NCBI GenBank assembly: GCA_017563195.1
Contig: JAFXDO010000048.1
Span: 1,876-65,875 of the forward strand
Direction of reading: 5' to 3'
Source: Clostridia bacterium
Lineage (GTDB): Bacteria > Bacillota > Clostridia > Oscillospirales > CAG-382
Length of the DNA stretch: 64,000 nucleotides
Positions 8,916 through 17,860 of this stretch are shown in pieces. Numbering within the stretch: position 1 is the first letter of the stretch; each line of letters begins with the position of its first letter. The position numbers and the translations under genes were made by a program. The notes beneath the pieces were generated by a model. The model ran no database searches, was not told the DNA's origin, and saw only the letters and a list, made by a program, of their open reading frames with translations.

Positions 8916-9807
8916 TTAAGGAATATCCTCGACGATCTTTTCGGGCGGAGTGTCCAAAAGCTCGGGCTTGCGAACGAGAACGTTGAAATAACGCAGAGCG
9001 ACCGAGTAGGCGTGACCGTCGGCGATACGCTCGTCGCAGGTGATACGGTAATCCATATAGGCGTGCTTTTCGGGGGTGCCTTCCTTGTTGGTTTCGTACT
9101 TGTTGTAGCGCTTACCGAAGGCGAAGAATATGGGAATATTGCCGAAATCGTAAAGATGATGATAAATCGGAGGAATGCCCAAGGAAGCAAGCGAGGTTAT
9201 GACCATACTGCCGTGGAAGGGAGACACCTTTACAAGATCGCGCGGAAGAATGCCGTAATAGTCGAGCTTCTTCAAAAACCAAGCGATGATACGCATGATG
9301 CAACGCGGGATCTTATTCAAAAGCTTAACGATCTTGTCGAAATCCTCTTCCTCGTTCAAGGCGTCGGAAATGACCTTTTGAGTGATGTGATACACCTCCT
9401 CAGCCGTTGCGTCGGGCTCGTAAACGAGCTTGATAACGGTGTCGTCTGCGTTAAGCTTCATTTCCTTTTTTATGGTCATCGCGATTTCGATATTGTTTCG
9501 CGCATAAATGCGGTGTCCGCGGATGAAGCGGTTCATTTCGGGATGCTGAGAATACATTCTGACGAATGCCGCGAGATAAAGGTGCATAACGCTGAATTCC
9601 TTCAAGCCCTTTTCGCGCATCTTCTTTACGTATTCCTCGGCGACACCGATATCGATCGTGCCGGTAAAGTAGTTGCTCGAAGCGGTTCTCTGATCCATCA
9701 AATAAATGCCGACGTAATGCATCGGGTCAAGCGAGCGGACGCGTCTTCCCTCTTTTTTATTCTTGTTCTTGAGTTCCTTCTGCATTTTCTTTTCTTCTTT
9801 AGTCATG
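8916..9807 (-). CDS. Stand-alone 2-oxoacid dehydrogenase acyltransferase (E2/CAT-like) catalytic-domain protein
   Basis: AAGGAG RBS before ATG at 9807 (MTKEEKK); the track start at 9848 is further upstream and lacks an RBS. It has an E2-like C-terminal fold signature, but the active-site box reads DERIADGH instead of DHRxxDG. No lipoyl or subunit-binding domains are present. Confidence 0.55.
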
Positions 9808-9994
9808 CATAATCTCCTTAATTCAAGAATCGTCTGTGATTTTATCACAATTTAATAAATATTGCAAGAGTTTGTTGATTTTTTGAAATTATATAGCTTT
9901 TTTGTTAATCCAAGGTTAATTAATGGGGTCAGCCTCTTGAAATCCCGATAAAAATATGGTATTATATGATGTCAATTTATTATGGAGGAATCAT

Positions 9995-11536
9995 ATGAAG
10001 ACTAAACTTTTTGCGCTTCTCGTCGTTATCTGCCTTCTCGCAGTTCCCTTCTTTGCGGCTTGTGAGAACGACTCCGACGAAAGCAAGGGCACCGCTTCCG
10101 GCGAAGGAATGCAGGGCGAATACCAGAACGCAGACGGCAAATACGTGGGCTCCTACAGCGTAAGCGACTGGAAGGGCGAAACCATCACCTTCCTTACCTG
10201 CAGCGTTAACACCACCTATGAATCCGAAATTCTTTACAACACCTACGAAGACGGCACCACCAAGTCGATGCCCGAGCTTCTTAACGAAAACCTCAAGTTC
10301 CGTTCGGACTTCGTCGAAGAGACTCTCGGCGTAAAGATCAAGGAAATGAAGGTTCACGACACCTCCCGTCCCGGCGGCGGTATGTGCACCGCTATCCGTA
10401 ACGGTAACCTTTCGGCTACCACCGACTACCAGATCGTTGTTCCCTGCCTTTACGACGGCGCTACTCTCGCGGTCGAGGGTCAGCTTCACAACCTTCTCGG
10501 CGAGGATTTTGAAAATCTCCAGATCGAAGCTCCCTGGTGGAACCAGGACTTCAACTCCAATATGACCTTCGGCGGTCAGCTTTACTTCACCATCGGCGAC
10601 CTCGGTACCGTTAACAAGGGCTCGACCGCGGCAATGTTCTTCAACCTCGAGCTTTGGGAAAAGTACGGCCTCTCCGAAACCTACGGCGGCAACCCCTACG
10701 AGCTCGTTCGTGACGGCAAGTGGACGGTTGACACCGTTTTCGAGGCTGCACAGACCATGGGTCAGGACGTAACCAACGACGGCAAGATCGACTACAGCGA
10801 TGAATTCGGCTGGGGCGGTCAGCTTGACGATATGTGGAGCATCTTCTACGCATCCGGCGAAAAGATCGCCAAGAACGGCGCAGACGGATACCCCGAGCTT
10901 TCGATGTACAACGAACGCAGTGCAAAGCTTATGGGCAAGCTTCAGGAATTCGTTCAGGACACCGATCACTACATCTCCGCTAACGACTACTTCGGCGTAG
11001 TTCAGTGGCCCAGCGTGCTTGTTGAAGAAGGCTTTACCGACGGCAGAGCGCTCTTCTACAACGGCAGCGTCGGCACCGTTATCAACCTCGGCGTTATGGA
11101 GCAGCACTTCGGTATACTTCCCCTTCCCAAGGCAGACGCAGAGCAGGAGAACTACTACTCTCTCGTTAACCCCTGGACCTCGACCTGCTTCGCTGTTCCT
11201 ACCTGCGTAAGCGGCGACAGCCTTACTCTCGCTATCGACGTACTTAACGTTATGGGTGCAGAAAGCCTTAACACCGTCGCTCCCAACTATCAGGAAATTC
11301 TCGAATACATGAAGATACGCGACGACGACTCCGCAGACATGCTCAACAACTACATCCTTCCCAACCGCGGATGTGACGTCGGCATGGTCTACAAGTGGGG
11401 CGCACTCGATACCCTTCTTCACGATATGGCTTCGGCAAACGTAGGCACCTTCGCTTCCTCTTACGAAGCAAAGGCTACCGCTGCTCAGAACGATCTTGAA
11501 GAAACCGTATCCTTCTTCGAATCCAACGCTAAATAA
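9995..11536 (+). CDS. Extracellular solute-binding lipoprotein (large family-1 ABC substrate-binding protein), orphan
   Basis: GGAGGAATCAT-ATG at 9995. Lipobox VPFFAAC. About 510 aa with the motifs YQIVVPCLYDG and APWWNQ. Paralog of 54851..56374 and, more distantly, of 24384..25898. No permease or ATPase genes are adjacent. Confidence 0.8.
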   Translation: MKTKLFALLVVICLLAVPFFAACENDSDESKGTASGEGMQGEYQNADGKYVGSYSVSDWKGETITFLTCSVNTTYESEILYNTYEDGTTKSMPELLNENLKFRSDFVEETLGVKIKEMKVHDTSRPGGGMCTAIRNGNLSATTDYQIVVPCLYDGATLAVEGQLHNLLGEDFENLQIEAPWWNQDFNSNMTFGGQLYFTIGDLGTVNKGSTAAMFFNLELWEKYGLSETYGGNPYELVRDGKWTVDTVFEAAQTMGQDVTNDGKIDYSDEFGWGGQLDDMWSIFYASGEKIAKNGADGYPELSMYNERSAKLMGKLQEFVQDTDHYISANDYFGVVQWPSVLVEEGFTDGRALFYNGSVGTVINLGVMEQHFGILPLPKADAEQENYYSLVNPWTSTCFAVPTCVSGDSLTLAIDVLNVMGAESLNTVAPNYQEILEYMKIRDDDSADMLNNYILPNRGCDVGMVYKWGALDTLLHDMASANVGTFASSYEAKATAAQNDLEETVSFFESNAK

Positions 11537-11554
11537 TCAATTTACGTTAATCAC

Positions 11555-11588
11555 GAAGCCCGAATAACCTTTTCGGGCTTCTTTCTTT
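11555..11588 (+). terminator. Rho-independent terminator
   Basis: Stem gaagcccgaa / ttcgggcttc, followed by tttcttt. Confidence 0.8.
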
Positions 11589-11602
11589 AATCGAGGTGGC
11601 TT

Positions 11603-12457
11603 ATGAAGATCTTATCATTCGGCGAAATACTCTGGGATATTTTCCCCGAGGAAAAGAAAATAGGCGGCGCGCCCTTCAACTTCGCGTCTCACGTTGCCCG
11701 TCTCGGTGCCGAAAGCTATATGGTCTCCTGCGTCGGAAACGACGAAAACGGCGTTGACGCACTTAAGGAGGTCGAAAGGCTCGGTATCAAGCGCGATTAT
11801 ATCTCGGTCGACCGTAAATATCCCACCGGCTATTGCGCGGTAACGCTCGACAACGGAAAGCCGAGCTACGACCTTGTGAGAGACGTGGCATACGACCACA
11901 TTCCCGACGTCTGCCCGAGAGAAAGCTTCGACGCGCTTTATATGGGCACGCTCGCGCTCCGCTCCCCCGACTCCCGCAGAAGCTTCGAAAAGCTTTTGAA
12001 ATACGTCAAGACGCGCGAGGTGTTCTTCGACGTGAACTTCCGCGGCAATTTCTATACACGCGAGCTTGTGAACACACTTTTACGTGAAACGACTATACTT
12101 AAAATAAGCGACGAGGAGATCGGATTCTTCGGCAAGCGCGACCACGTCAACGTATGTCTCGACCTTTCGAAAAGCTATCCGAAGCTCAAGTATATCTGCC
12201 TGACGCTCGGCGGCGACGGCGCGATGATATACGATTGCCGCAACAAGACGGTGCTTTATTCCGAAAAGCCGAAGGTTGACGTCGTTTCAACGGTAGGCGC
12301 GGGCGACAGCTTTGCGGCGTGCTTCCTTGCAAGCTATCTTTCGAACCTCCCCGTCGAAAAATGTCTCGACCGTGCGGTAAGGCTTTCAAGCTACGTTGTG
12401 ACTCAGCTCGGTGCCGTTCCCGATTACGACCCTCAGACGCTTTTTGCGGGAATCTGA
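11603..12457 (+). CDS. PfkB-family carbohydrate kinase (fructokinase-like)
   Basis: N-terminus FGEILWDIFPEEKKIGGAPFNFA and C-terminal VSTVGAGDSFAA (PfkB signature 2). Confidence 0.8.
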   Translation: MKILSFGEILWDIFPEEKKIGGAPFNFASHVARLGAESYMVSCVGNDENGVDALKEVERLGIKRDYISVDRKYPTGYCAVTLDNGKPSYDLVRDVAYDHIPDVCPRESFDALYMGTLALRSPDSRRSFEKLLKYVKTREVFFDVNFRGNFYTRELVNTLLRETTILKISDEEIGFFGKRDHVNVCLDLSKSYPKLKYICLTLGGDGAMIYDCRNKTVLYSEKPKVDVVSTVGAGDSFAACFLASYLSNLPVEKCLDRAVRLSSYVVTQLGAVPDYDPQTLFAGI

Positions 12458-12514
12458 ACCGAAATCAAGCGATAATACCGTTTTTGCCGTTCTGCTTTTT
12501 CTTGAAAAAAACTG

Positions 12515-12543
12515 TTGCATTTCGCGGCAAAATGTATTAAAAT
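12515..12543 (+). promoter_or_regulatory. Sigma-A-type promoter for the small membrane protein gene
   Basis: TTGCAT, 17 nt, TAAAAT. Confidence 0.55.
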
Positions 12544-12571
12544 ATACGTAATATTATTTGGAGGTTATACC

Positions 12572-12811
12572 ATGGAAATCCTTAAGAAGTACTTTCCGTT
12601 TTCTTTCGTAGAAAAGAAAGACGTCGTCGCACTCATCATCAACATCGTTATTCAGCTCGTTATCGGTCTCGTTATCGGCTGGGTCATCAGTCTTTGCGGC
12701 GGCATTCCCGTGATCAAGTGGATCGTAGGCCTTGTCGGCGGTCTCGTTGATCTTTATTTCCTCGTGGGCATCGTTCTTTCCTGCCTCGATTACTTCAAGG
12801 TTCTTAAGTAA
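12572..12811 (+). CDS. Small two-TM membrane protein (79 aa), unknown function
   Basis: GGAGG lies 7 nt before ATG 12572; the track start at 12515 is upstream of the RBS. Two hydrophobic helices. The gene has its own promoter and a strong terminator. Confidence 0.55.
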   Translation: MEILKKYFPFSFVEKKDVVALIINIVIQLVIGLVIGWVISLCGGIPVIKWIVGLVGGLVDLYFLVGIVLSCLDYFKVLK

Positions 12812-12830
12812 TTAAGCATACGGCTCACAA

Positions 12831-12864
12831 AAGGCATTCTCGCGCGAGAATGCCTTCTTTTTTT
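12831..12864 (+). terminator. Rho-independent terminator
   Basis: Stem aaggcattctcg / cgagaatgcctt, followed by a T-run. Confidence 0.85.
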
Positions 12865-12887
12865 ATTGTATATCGCATTGAATTTTG

Positions 12888-12916
12888 TTGACTTTCGGGG
12901 TATGAAGTGGTACAAT
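12888..12916 (+). promoter_or_regulatory. Sigma-A-type promoter of polA
   Basis: TTGACT, 17 nt, then TGgTACAAT (extended -10). Confidence 0.6.
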
Positions 12917-12946
12917 AATACTGAATAATTATGTGAGGAATCGACG

Positions 12947-15430
12947 ATGGGAAAAGCATTGATTTTTGACGGAAACAGCATACTTAACCGCGCATTTTAC
13001 GGCGTCCGTCCGCTCACCTCGCCCGAGGGACTGCCGACCAACGCGCTCTTCGGCTTTGTGGGTATGATAAACAAGGCGTTTTCCCAAATAGGCGGTGCGC
13101 CGACATATGCCGCGATCGCCTTCGACCTCAAGGAAAAGACCTTCCGACACAAGGCGTGCGAAAGCTATAAGGCGACGCGAAAGCCGATGCCCGAGGATCT
13201 TGCCGCGCAGATGCCCTTCGCGCACTCGCTTGCCGAGGCGTTGGGCATAAATGTCATAGAGATCGCGGGGTACGAGGCGGACGACGTGCTCGGCACTCTG
13301 TCGAAGTGCTTCACCGAAAAAGGCGATCACACCTTTATCGTGACCGGTGACCGCGACAGCTTCCAGCTTATAAACGAAAGCGTAACCGTACTGCTCGCCG
13401 CCAACGACGACACTCACGTCACGACCCCCGCAGAAATAAAGGAAAAATACGGTATCACACCGAGACAGCTTATCGACCTCAAGGCGATAATGGGCGACTC
13501 GTCGGATAACATCGCAGGCGTACCCGGGATCGGCGAAAAGGGTGCGATAAAGCTGATGACCGAATACGGCTCGCTTGACAATATTTACGAGAATCTCGAT
13601 AAGATAACCGGCAGCACAAACAAAAAGCTTGTCGAGGGCAAGGAAAGCGCATATACCTCGCGATTTCTGGCAGAAATAAAGCTTGACGTCCCCTTGGGAT
13701 GCAAAATATGCGACTGTGTATATAACGGTCCCGATCTTCCTGCCCTGCGCGAGCTTTACACCAAATTGGGCTTCAGGCAATATCTTGAAAGGCTCGAAAG
13801 CGTCGCTCCCGAGGCGGCTGAAGACGAGGAATACTCAGAGCTTGCAGAGCTTTCCGACGTAAAAGGAAAAACGGCATACGTCCACCGCGACGAGGAAACG
13901 CTGTTTGTCTTCGCAGACGGAAAATGCTACCGCGGAGACGCGCTTGACGGAATAAAAGCGCTGGCTCGCTGCGAAAGGCTCGTCTGCTGGTCTTCCAAGG
14001 AGATATTGCATCTTGCCAAGGACGCGAACATCGAGTTGGATGCCGAGATACAGGACGTTTCGCTGGTCTCTTACGTCTGCTCGCCCGCAGATAACGGCGT
14101 CACCTTCGGAAAGGTGCTGCTCGACAATCTGGGCGTCAGCTCAAGCGAGGTAAAGGTGTCCTACCTGCCAAAGCTTTACGAAAGGCTTTGCGAAAAGCTG
14201 ACCGACGCGCAAAAGCGGCTTTACGAGGAGATCGAGCTTCCGCTCGCCAAGCTTCTTTGCGATATGGAGCATTACGGCTTCAAGGTCGATACAGAAGAGC
14301 TTGAACGCTTCGGCGAAAGGCTTGAGCAGACAATAAGGCTCACAGAGGAAGCGATTTACGAGCTTGCGGGTGAAAGATTCAACATCAACTCTCCCAAGCA
14401 GCTCGGAAATATACTTTTCGAGAAGCTTATGCTTCCCCACTACCGAAAGACGAAAAGCGGCTATTCGACCGACGTTTCGGTGCTTGAAAAGCTTGTTAAT
14501 TACCACCCGATAATCGAGCTTATTCTGGAATACCGCAAGGATACAAAGCTTAAAAACACCTACTGCGACGGCTTGAGCAAGCAGGTGGCTTCCGACGGCA
14601 GGATACACACCACCTTTAAGCAAACCCAAACCCTTACCGGCAGGCTTTCCTCGGCAGAGCCGAATCTGCAAAACATCCCCGTGCGAAGCGATAAGGGCAA
14701 GGAGCTGCGCAAATTCTTTGTTTGCGGCGACGGAAACGTCCTTATCGACGCCGACTATTCGCAGATCGAGCTTCGGGTGCTCGCACACGTCGCAAACGAC
14801 GAAACGCTGATAAACGCCTTCAAAAACGGCGAGGATATACACACCGTCACGGCAAGTCAGGTGTTCGGCGTACCGATCGAGGCGGTCAGCTCCGAAATGC
14901 GCAAGCGGGCAAAGGCGGTCAACTTCGGTATAATTTACGGGATCGGCGATTATTCGCTTTCGCAGGATCTGAAGATCCCGAAAAAGACGGCGGCTGAGTA
15001 TATAGCCAACTATCTGAACAAATATCAAGGCGTCAAGGAATATCTCGAATCGACAAAGGCGTTCGCGCGCGAAAACGGATACGTCGAAACCATGTTCGGG
15101 CGCAGAAGATACGTTCCCGAGATAAACGCAAGCAACAAAAATATGCAGGCGTTCGGCGAAAGAATCGCGATGAATACACCGATTCAGGGTGCGGCGGCGG
15201 ACCTGATAAAGATCGCGATGATCCGCACCGACAAAATGCTGAAGGAAGCGGGCCTGAACGCGCGACTGATACTTCAGATACACGACGAGCTTATCATCGA
15301 ATCACCCATTGAAGAGGCATTGCAGGCAGAAAAGATACTGCGCGAGGCAATGCAGGGCGCGGCAAAGCTTTACGTACCGCTTCAGGTTGACATAGGCGGC
15401 GGCATCAGCTGGTACGACGCCAAGGATTAA
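12947..15430 (+). CDS. polA: DNA polymerase I
   Basis: N-terminal 5'-3' exonuclease domain (LIFDGNSILNRAFYG, GIPGIGEKGA). Pol A motifs DYSQIELRVLAH, RRxAKxxNFGIIYG and QIHDELI. At 827 aa, the middle 3'-5' exo-like region is short. Confidence 0.95.
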   Translation: MGKALIFDGNSILNRAFYGVRPLTSPEGLPTNALFGFVGMINKAFSQIGGAPTYAAIAFDLKEKTFRHKACESYKATRKPMPEDLAAQMPFAHSLAEALGINVIEIAGYEADDVLGTLSKCFTEKGDHTFIVTGDRDSFQLINESVTVLLAANDDTHVTTPAEIKEKYGITPRQLIDLKAIMGDSSDNIAGVPGIGEKGAIKLMTEYGSLDNIYENLDKITGSTNKKLVEGKESAYTSRFLAEIKLDVPLGCKICDCVYNGPDLPALRELYTKLGFRQYLERLESVAPEAAEDEEYSELAELSDVKGKTAYVHRDEETLFVFADGKCYRGDALDGIKALARCERLVCWSSKEILHLAKDANIELDAEIQDVSLVSYVCSPADNGVTFGKVLLDNLGVSSSEVKVSYLPKLYERLCEKLTDAQKRLYEEIELPLAKLLCDMEHYGFKVDTEELERFGERLEQTIRLTEEAIYELAGERFNINSPKQLGNILFEKLMLPHYRKTKSGYSTDVSVLEKLVNYHPIIELILEYRKDTKLKNTYCDGLSKQVASDGRIHTTFKQTQTLTGRLSSAEPNLQNIPVRSDKGKELRKFFVCGDGNVLIDADYSQIELRVLAHVANDETLINAFKNGEDIHTVTASQVFGVPIEAVSSEMRKRAKAVNFGIIYGIGDYSLSQDLKIPKKTAAEYIANYLNKYQGVKEYLESTKAFARENGYVETMFGRRRYVPEINASNKNMQAFGERIAMNTPIQGAAADLIKIAMIRTDKMLKEAGLNARLILQIHDELIIESPIEEALQAEKILREAMQGAAKLYVPLQVDIGGGISWYDAKD

Positions 15431-15454
15431 ATATAATTGACGAGGGAATAAATT

Positions 15455-17008
15455 ATGGCACTTAAGAATTTAAACGGCAGAAAGGTACGCGAGCTTCTCG
15501 TTTACCCCGACTACACCGACAGAGAGCTCACCGGCAAGCTTACCGGCGGTAACTACTCCGAGGGTCTTGCATCCATCTCGGCGGTAATGAAGCAGGGCGG
15601 TCACGACGTCAAGCTTCTGCACCTGCTCTATCTCCACACCGAGCAGGAATTCAAGGAAAAATTAAAGGCAATGGGCGAATTCGACATTATCGGATTTTCT
15701 ATCCGCACCACCGCGTTCCCCGACAGCCAACTTTACATCAAGTGGGCTAAGGAGGTCCTTCCCGACGCGTTTATAACTGCGGGAAGCTACCATTGCACCC
15801 TCGCGCCCGATGAGGTTATGTCGCTTACCGAAATCGACGCTCTCACCATCGGCGACGGCGAATACGCCGCACTCGAGCTTGCCGACAAGATGAGCGCGGG
15901 CGAGGACTACACCAACATCCTCAGCATGTGGTTCAGAATGGAGGACGGCAGTATCAAGAAGAACCCCGTCGCTCCCCTTTTCGAGGATCTCGACAGACTC
16001 CCCATCCCCGACTTTGATCTTTTCGATTACGATAATCTCGACAGCGTCAAGGTAGGCACGGCGATCGTTATGATGAGCCGCGGCTGCCGCTACAACTGCA
16101 CCTACTGCGGCAACTCGCAGTTCAGAAACGTATACCCCAACAAGAAGATATATTCGCGCTTCCGCTCGCCTCAGAACGGTATCCTTTATCTCAAGACGCT
16201 TCTCGAAAAGCATCCCCAGATCAAGGTCATCAACTTCCGCGACGCTATCTTCAATATGATGCCCGACTGGACCGAGGAATTCCTTGACCTTTACACCAAG
16301 GAGATCCACCTTCCCTTCACCGGTAACATCCGCTTCGACATCCTCACCGAGGACTCGGTACGCAAGATGAAGGAGGCGGGCTGCTACACCATCGATATGG
16401 GCCTCGAAAGCGGCGATCAGGAAATGCGCTTCAAGTACCTCAAGCGCTATATGACCGACGAAATGATAATCAACTGCAGCAAGTGGTTCCACAAATACGG
16501 TATCGCTCAGCTTACCTACAATATAATCGGTCTTCCCTACGAGGATAAGTACCGCGCGCTCAAGACCATCAAGCTCAACGCAAAGGCGGGCGCAGACAGA
16601 GTTATCCCCAACATCTTCTATCCCTACCCCGGAACCAAGCTTTACGATATCGCAATGGAGGGCGGCTTCATCCCCGAGGGCGGCGTTTCGCCCGATGCTC
16701 GCGTTCCCCTCGTTCAGCCCCAGTTCCCCGAGCACGAGGTGCTTTATCTTCAGGCATATTTCGCACACTTCGTGCGCAGATACAAGTGGGCTTACGCTAT
16801 GCCCGAATGGCTCGGCAAGCCTTATGAAAAATGGCTCGATGCAAGAGCGACCGGCAAGCACGTCCCCTACAAGCTGCTCGTCAAGCTTCACGACGGCTAT
16901 TCCAAGGTGCGCAACCGACTCAAGAACATTCTTATCGACCACCTGCCCAAGCTTTATATGAAGCTTCGCGTATGGAAGCACCGCAAGAAGGCTAAAAAAG
17001 TAGACTGA
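15455..17008 (+). CDS. B12-binding-domain radical SAM protein
   Basis: CxxxCxxC box MSRGCRYNCTYCGN, preceded by a Rossmann-like cobalamin-binding N-domain. Confidence 0.85.
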   Translation: MALKNLNGRKVRELLVYPDYTDRELTGKLTGGNYSEGLASISAVMKQGGHDVKLLHLLYLHTEQEFKEKLKAMGEFDIIGFSIRTTAFPDSQLYIKWAKEVLPDAFITAGSYHCTLAPDEVMSLTEIDALTIGDGEYAALELADKMSAGEDYTNILSMWFRMEDGSIKKNPVAPLFEDLDRLPIPDFDLFDYDNLDSVKVGTAIVMMSRGCRYNCTYCGNSQFRNVYPNKKIYSRFRSPQNGILYLKTLLEKHPQIKVINFRDAIFNMMPDWTEEFLDLYTKEIHLPFTGNIRFDILTEDSVRKMKEAGCYTIDMGLESGDQEMRFKYLKRYMTDEMIINCSKWFHKYGIAQLTYNIIGLPYEDKYRALKTIKLNAKAGADRVIPNIFYPYPGTKLYDIAMEGGFIPEGGVSPDARVPLVQPQFPEHEVLYLQAYFAHFVRRYKWAYAMPEWLGKPYEKWLDARATGKHVPYKLLVKLHDGYSKVRNRLKNILIDHLPKLYMKLRVWKHRKKAKKVD

Positions 17009-17009
17009 T

Positions 17010-17840
17010 ATGGCGGGAACACTTTACGTCGTCCCCACCCCGATAGGAAACCTCGGCGACATGACGCTTCGCGCAAAGGAAACGCTCGAAAGCGTCTCCT
17101 TCGTCGCGTCTGAGGACACCCGTGTGGGCGGAAAGCTTTTGATGCTTTTGGGAATAAAAAAGCCGTTGCTCAGCTATCACGAGCACACCTCGCGCAACGC
17201 GACCGAGGCGATCGTTTCACGCATACTCGCAGGCGAGGACTGCGCGCTGATAACCGACGCGGGCACGCCCGCGGTATCCGACCCCGGCGAAAGGCTGGTT
17301 GCCGAATGCGCCGAGGCGGGCATAACCGTCTGCGCGCTCCCCGGCCCCTGCGCCGCAATAGTTGCGATTTCTGCATCGGGGCTCAAGTCGAGACGCTTCT
17401 GCTTCGAGGGCTTTCTTCCCGAAAACGCACGCGAAAGAAGAGAGCATATCGCAGAGCTTGCGCGCGAGAAGCACACCTTTATCCTTTATATTTCTCCGCA
17501 CGACGCCGAAAGGTATCTTGCAGAGCTTGCAGACGCGCTCAACGACAGAAAATGCGTGCTATGCAAGGAGCTGACCAAGCTTCACGAGCGGTATTTCCGC
17601 GGCACGGTCGCATCGATCAACGAGCAGTTCAAGTCGCTTTCCCCCTCCGAAAAGAAGGGTGAATTCGTCTTTATCTGCGAGGGCGCGCCCGAGGAGGAGG
17701 CGTTCTGGCAGGATATGACGGTCGAGGAGCACGTCGAGCATTATATCGCGCTCGGGATGTCGAAGATGGACGCCTGCAAGGCGGTTTCGCGCGATCGAAA
17801 GGTCGGCAAGGGCGAAATATACAAGATAATCAACCGATAA
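17010..17840 (+). CDS. rsmI: 16S rRNA (cytidine1402-2'-O)-methyltransferase
   Basis: N-terminus LYVVPTPIGNLGDMTLRA...ASEDTR and ITDAGTPAVSDPG, hallmarks of RsmI tetrapyrrole-methylase-fold proteins. Confidence 0.9.
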   Translation: MAGTLYVVPTPIGNLGDMTLRAKETLESVSFVASEDTRVGGKLLMLLGIKKPLLSYHEHTSRNATEAIVSRILAGEDCALITDAGTPAVSDPGERLVAECAEAGITVCALPGPCAAIVAISASGLKSRRFCFEGFLPENARERREHIAELAREKHTFILYISPHDAERYLAELADALNDRKCVLCKELTKLHERYFRGTVASINEQFKSLSPSEKKGEFVFICEGAPEEEAFWQDMTVEEHVEHYIALGMSKMDACKAVSRDRKVGKGEIYKIINR

Positions 17841-17860
17841 TTCACGAAAGGACAACGATT

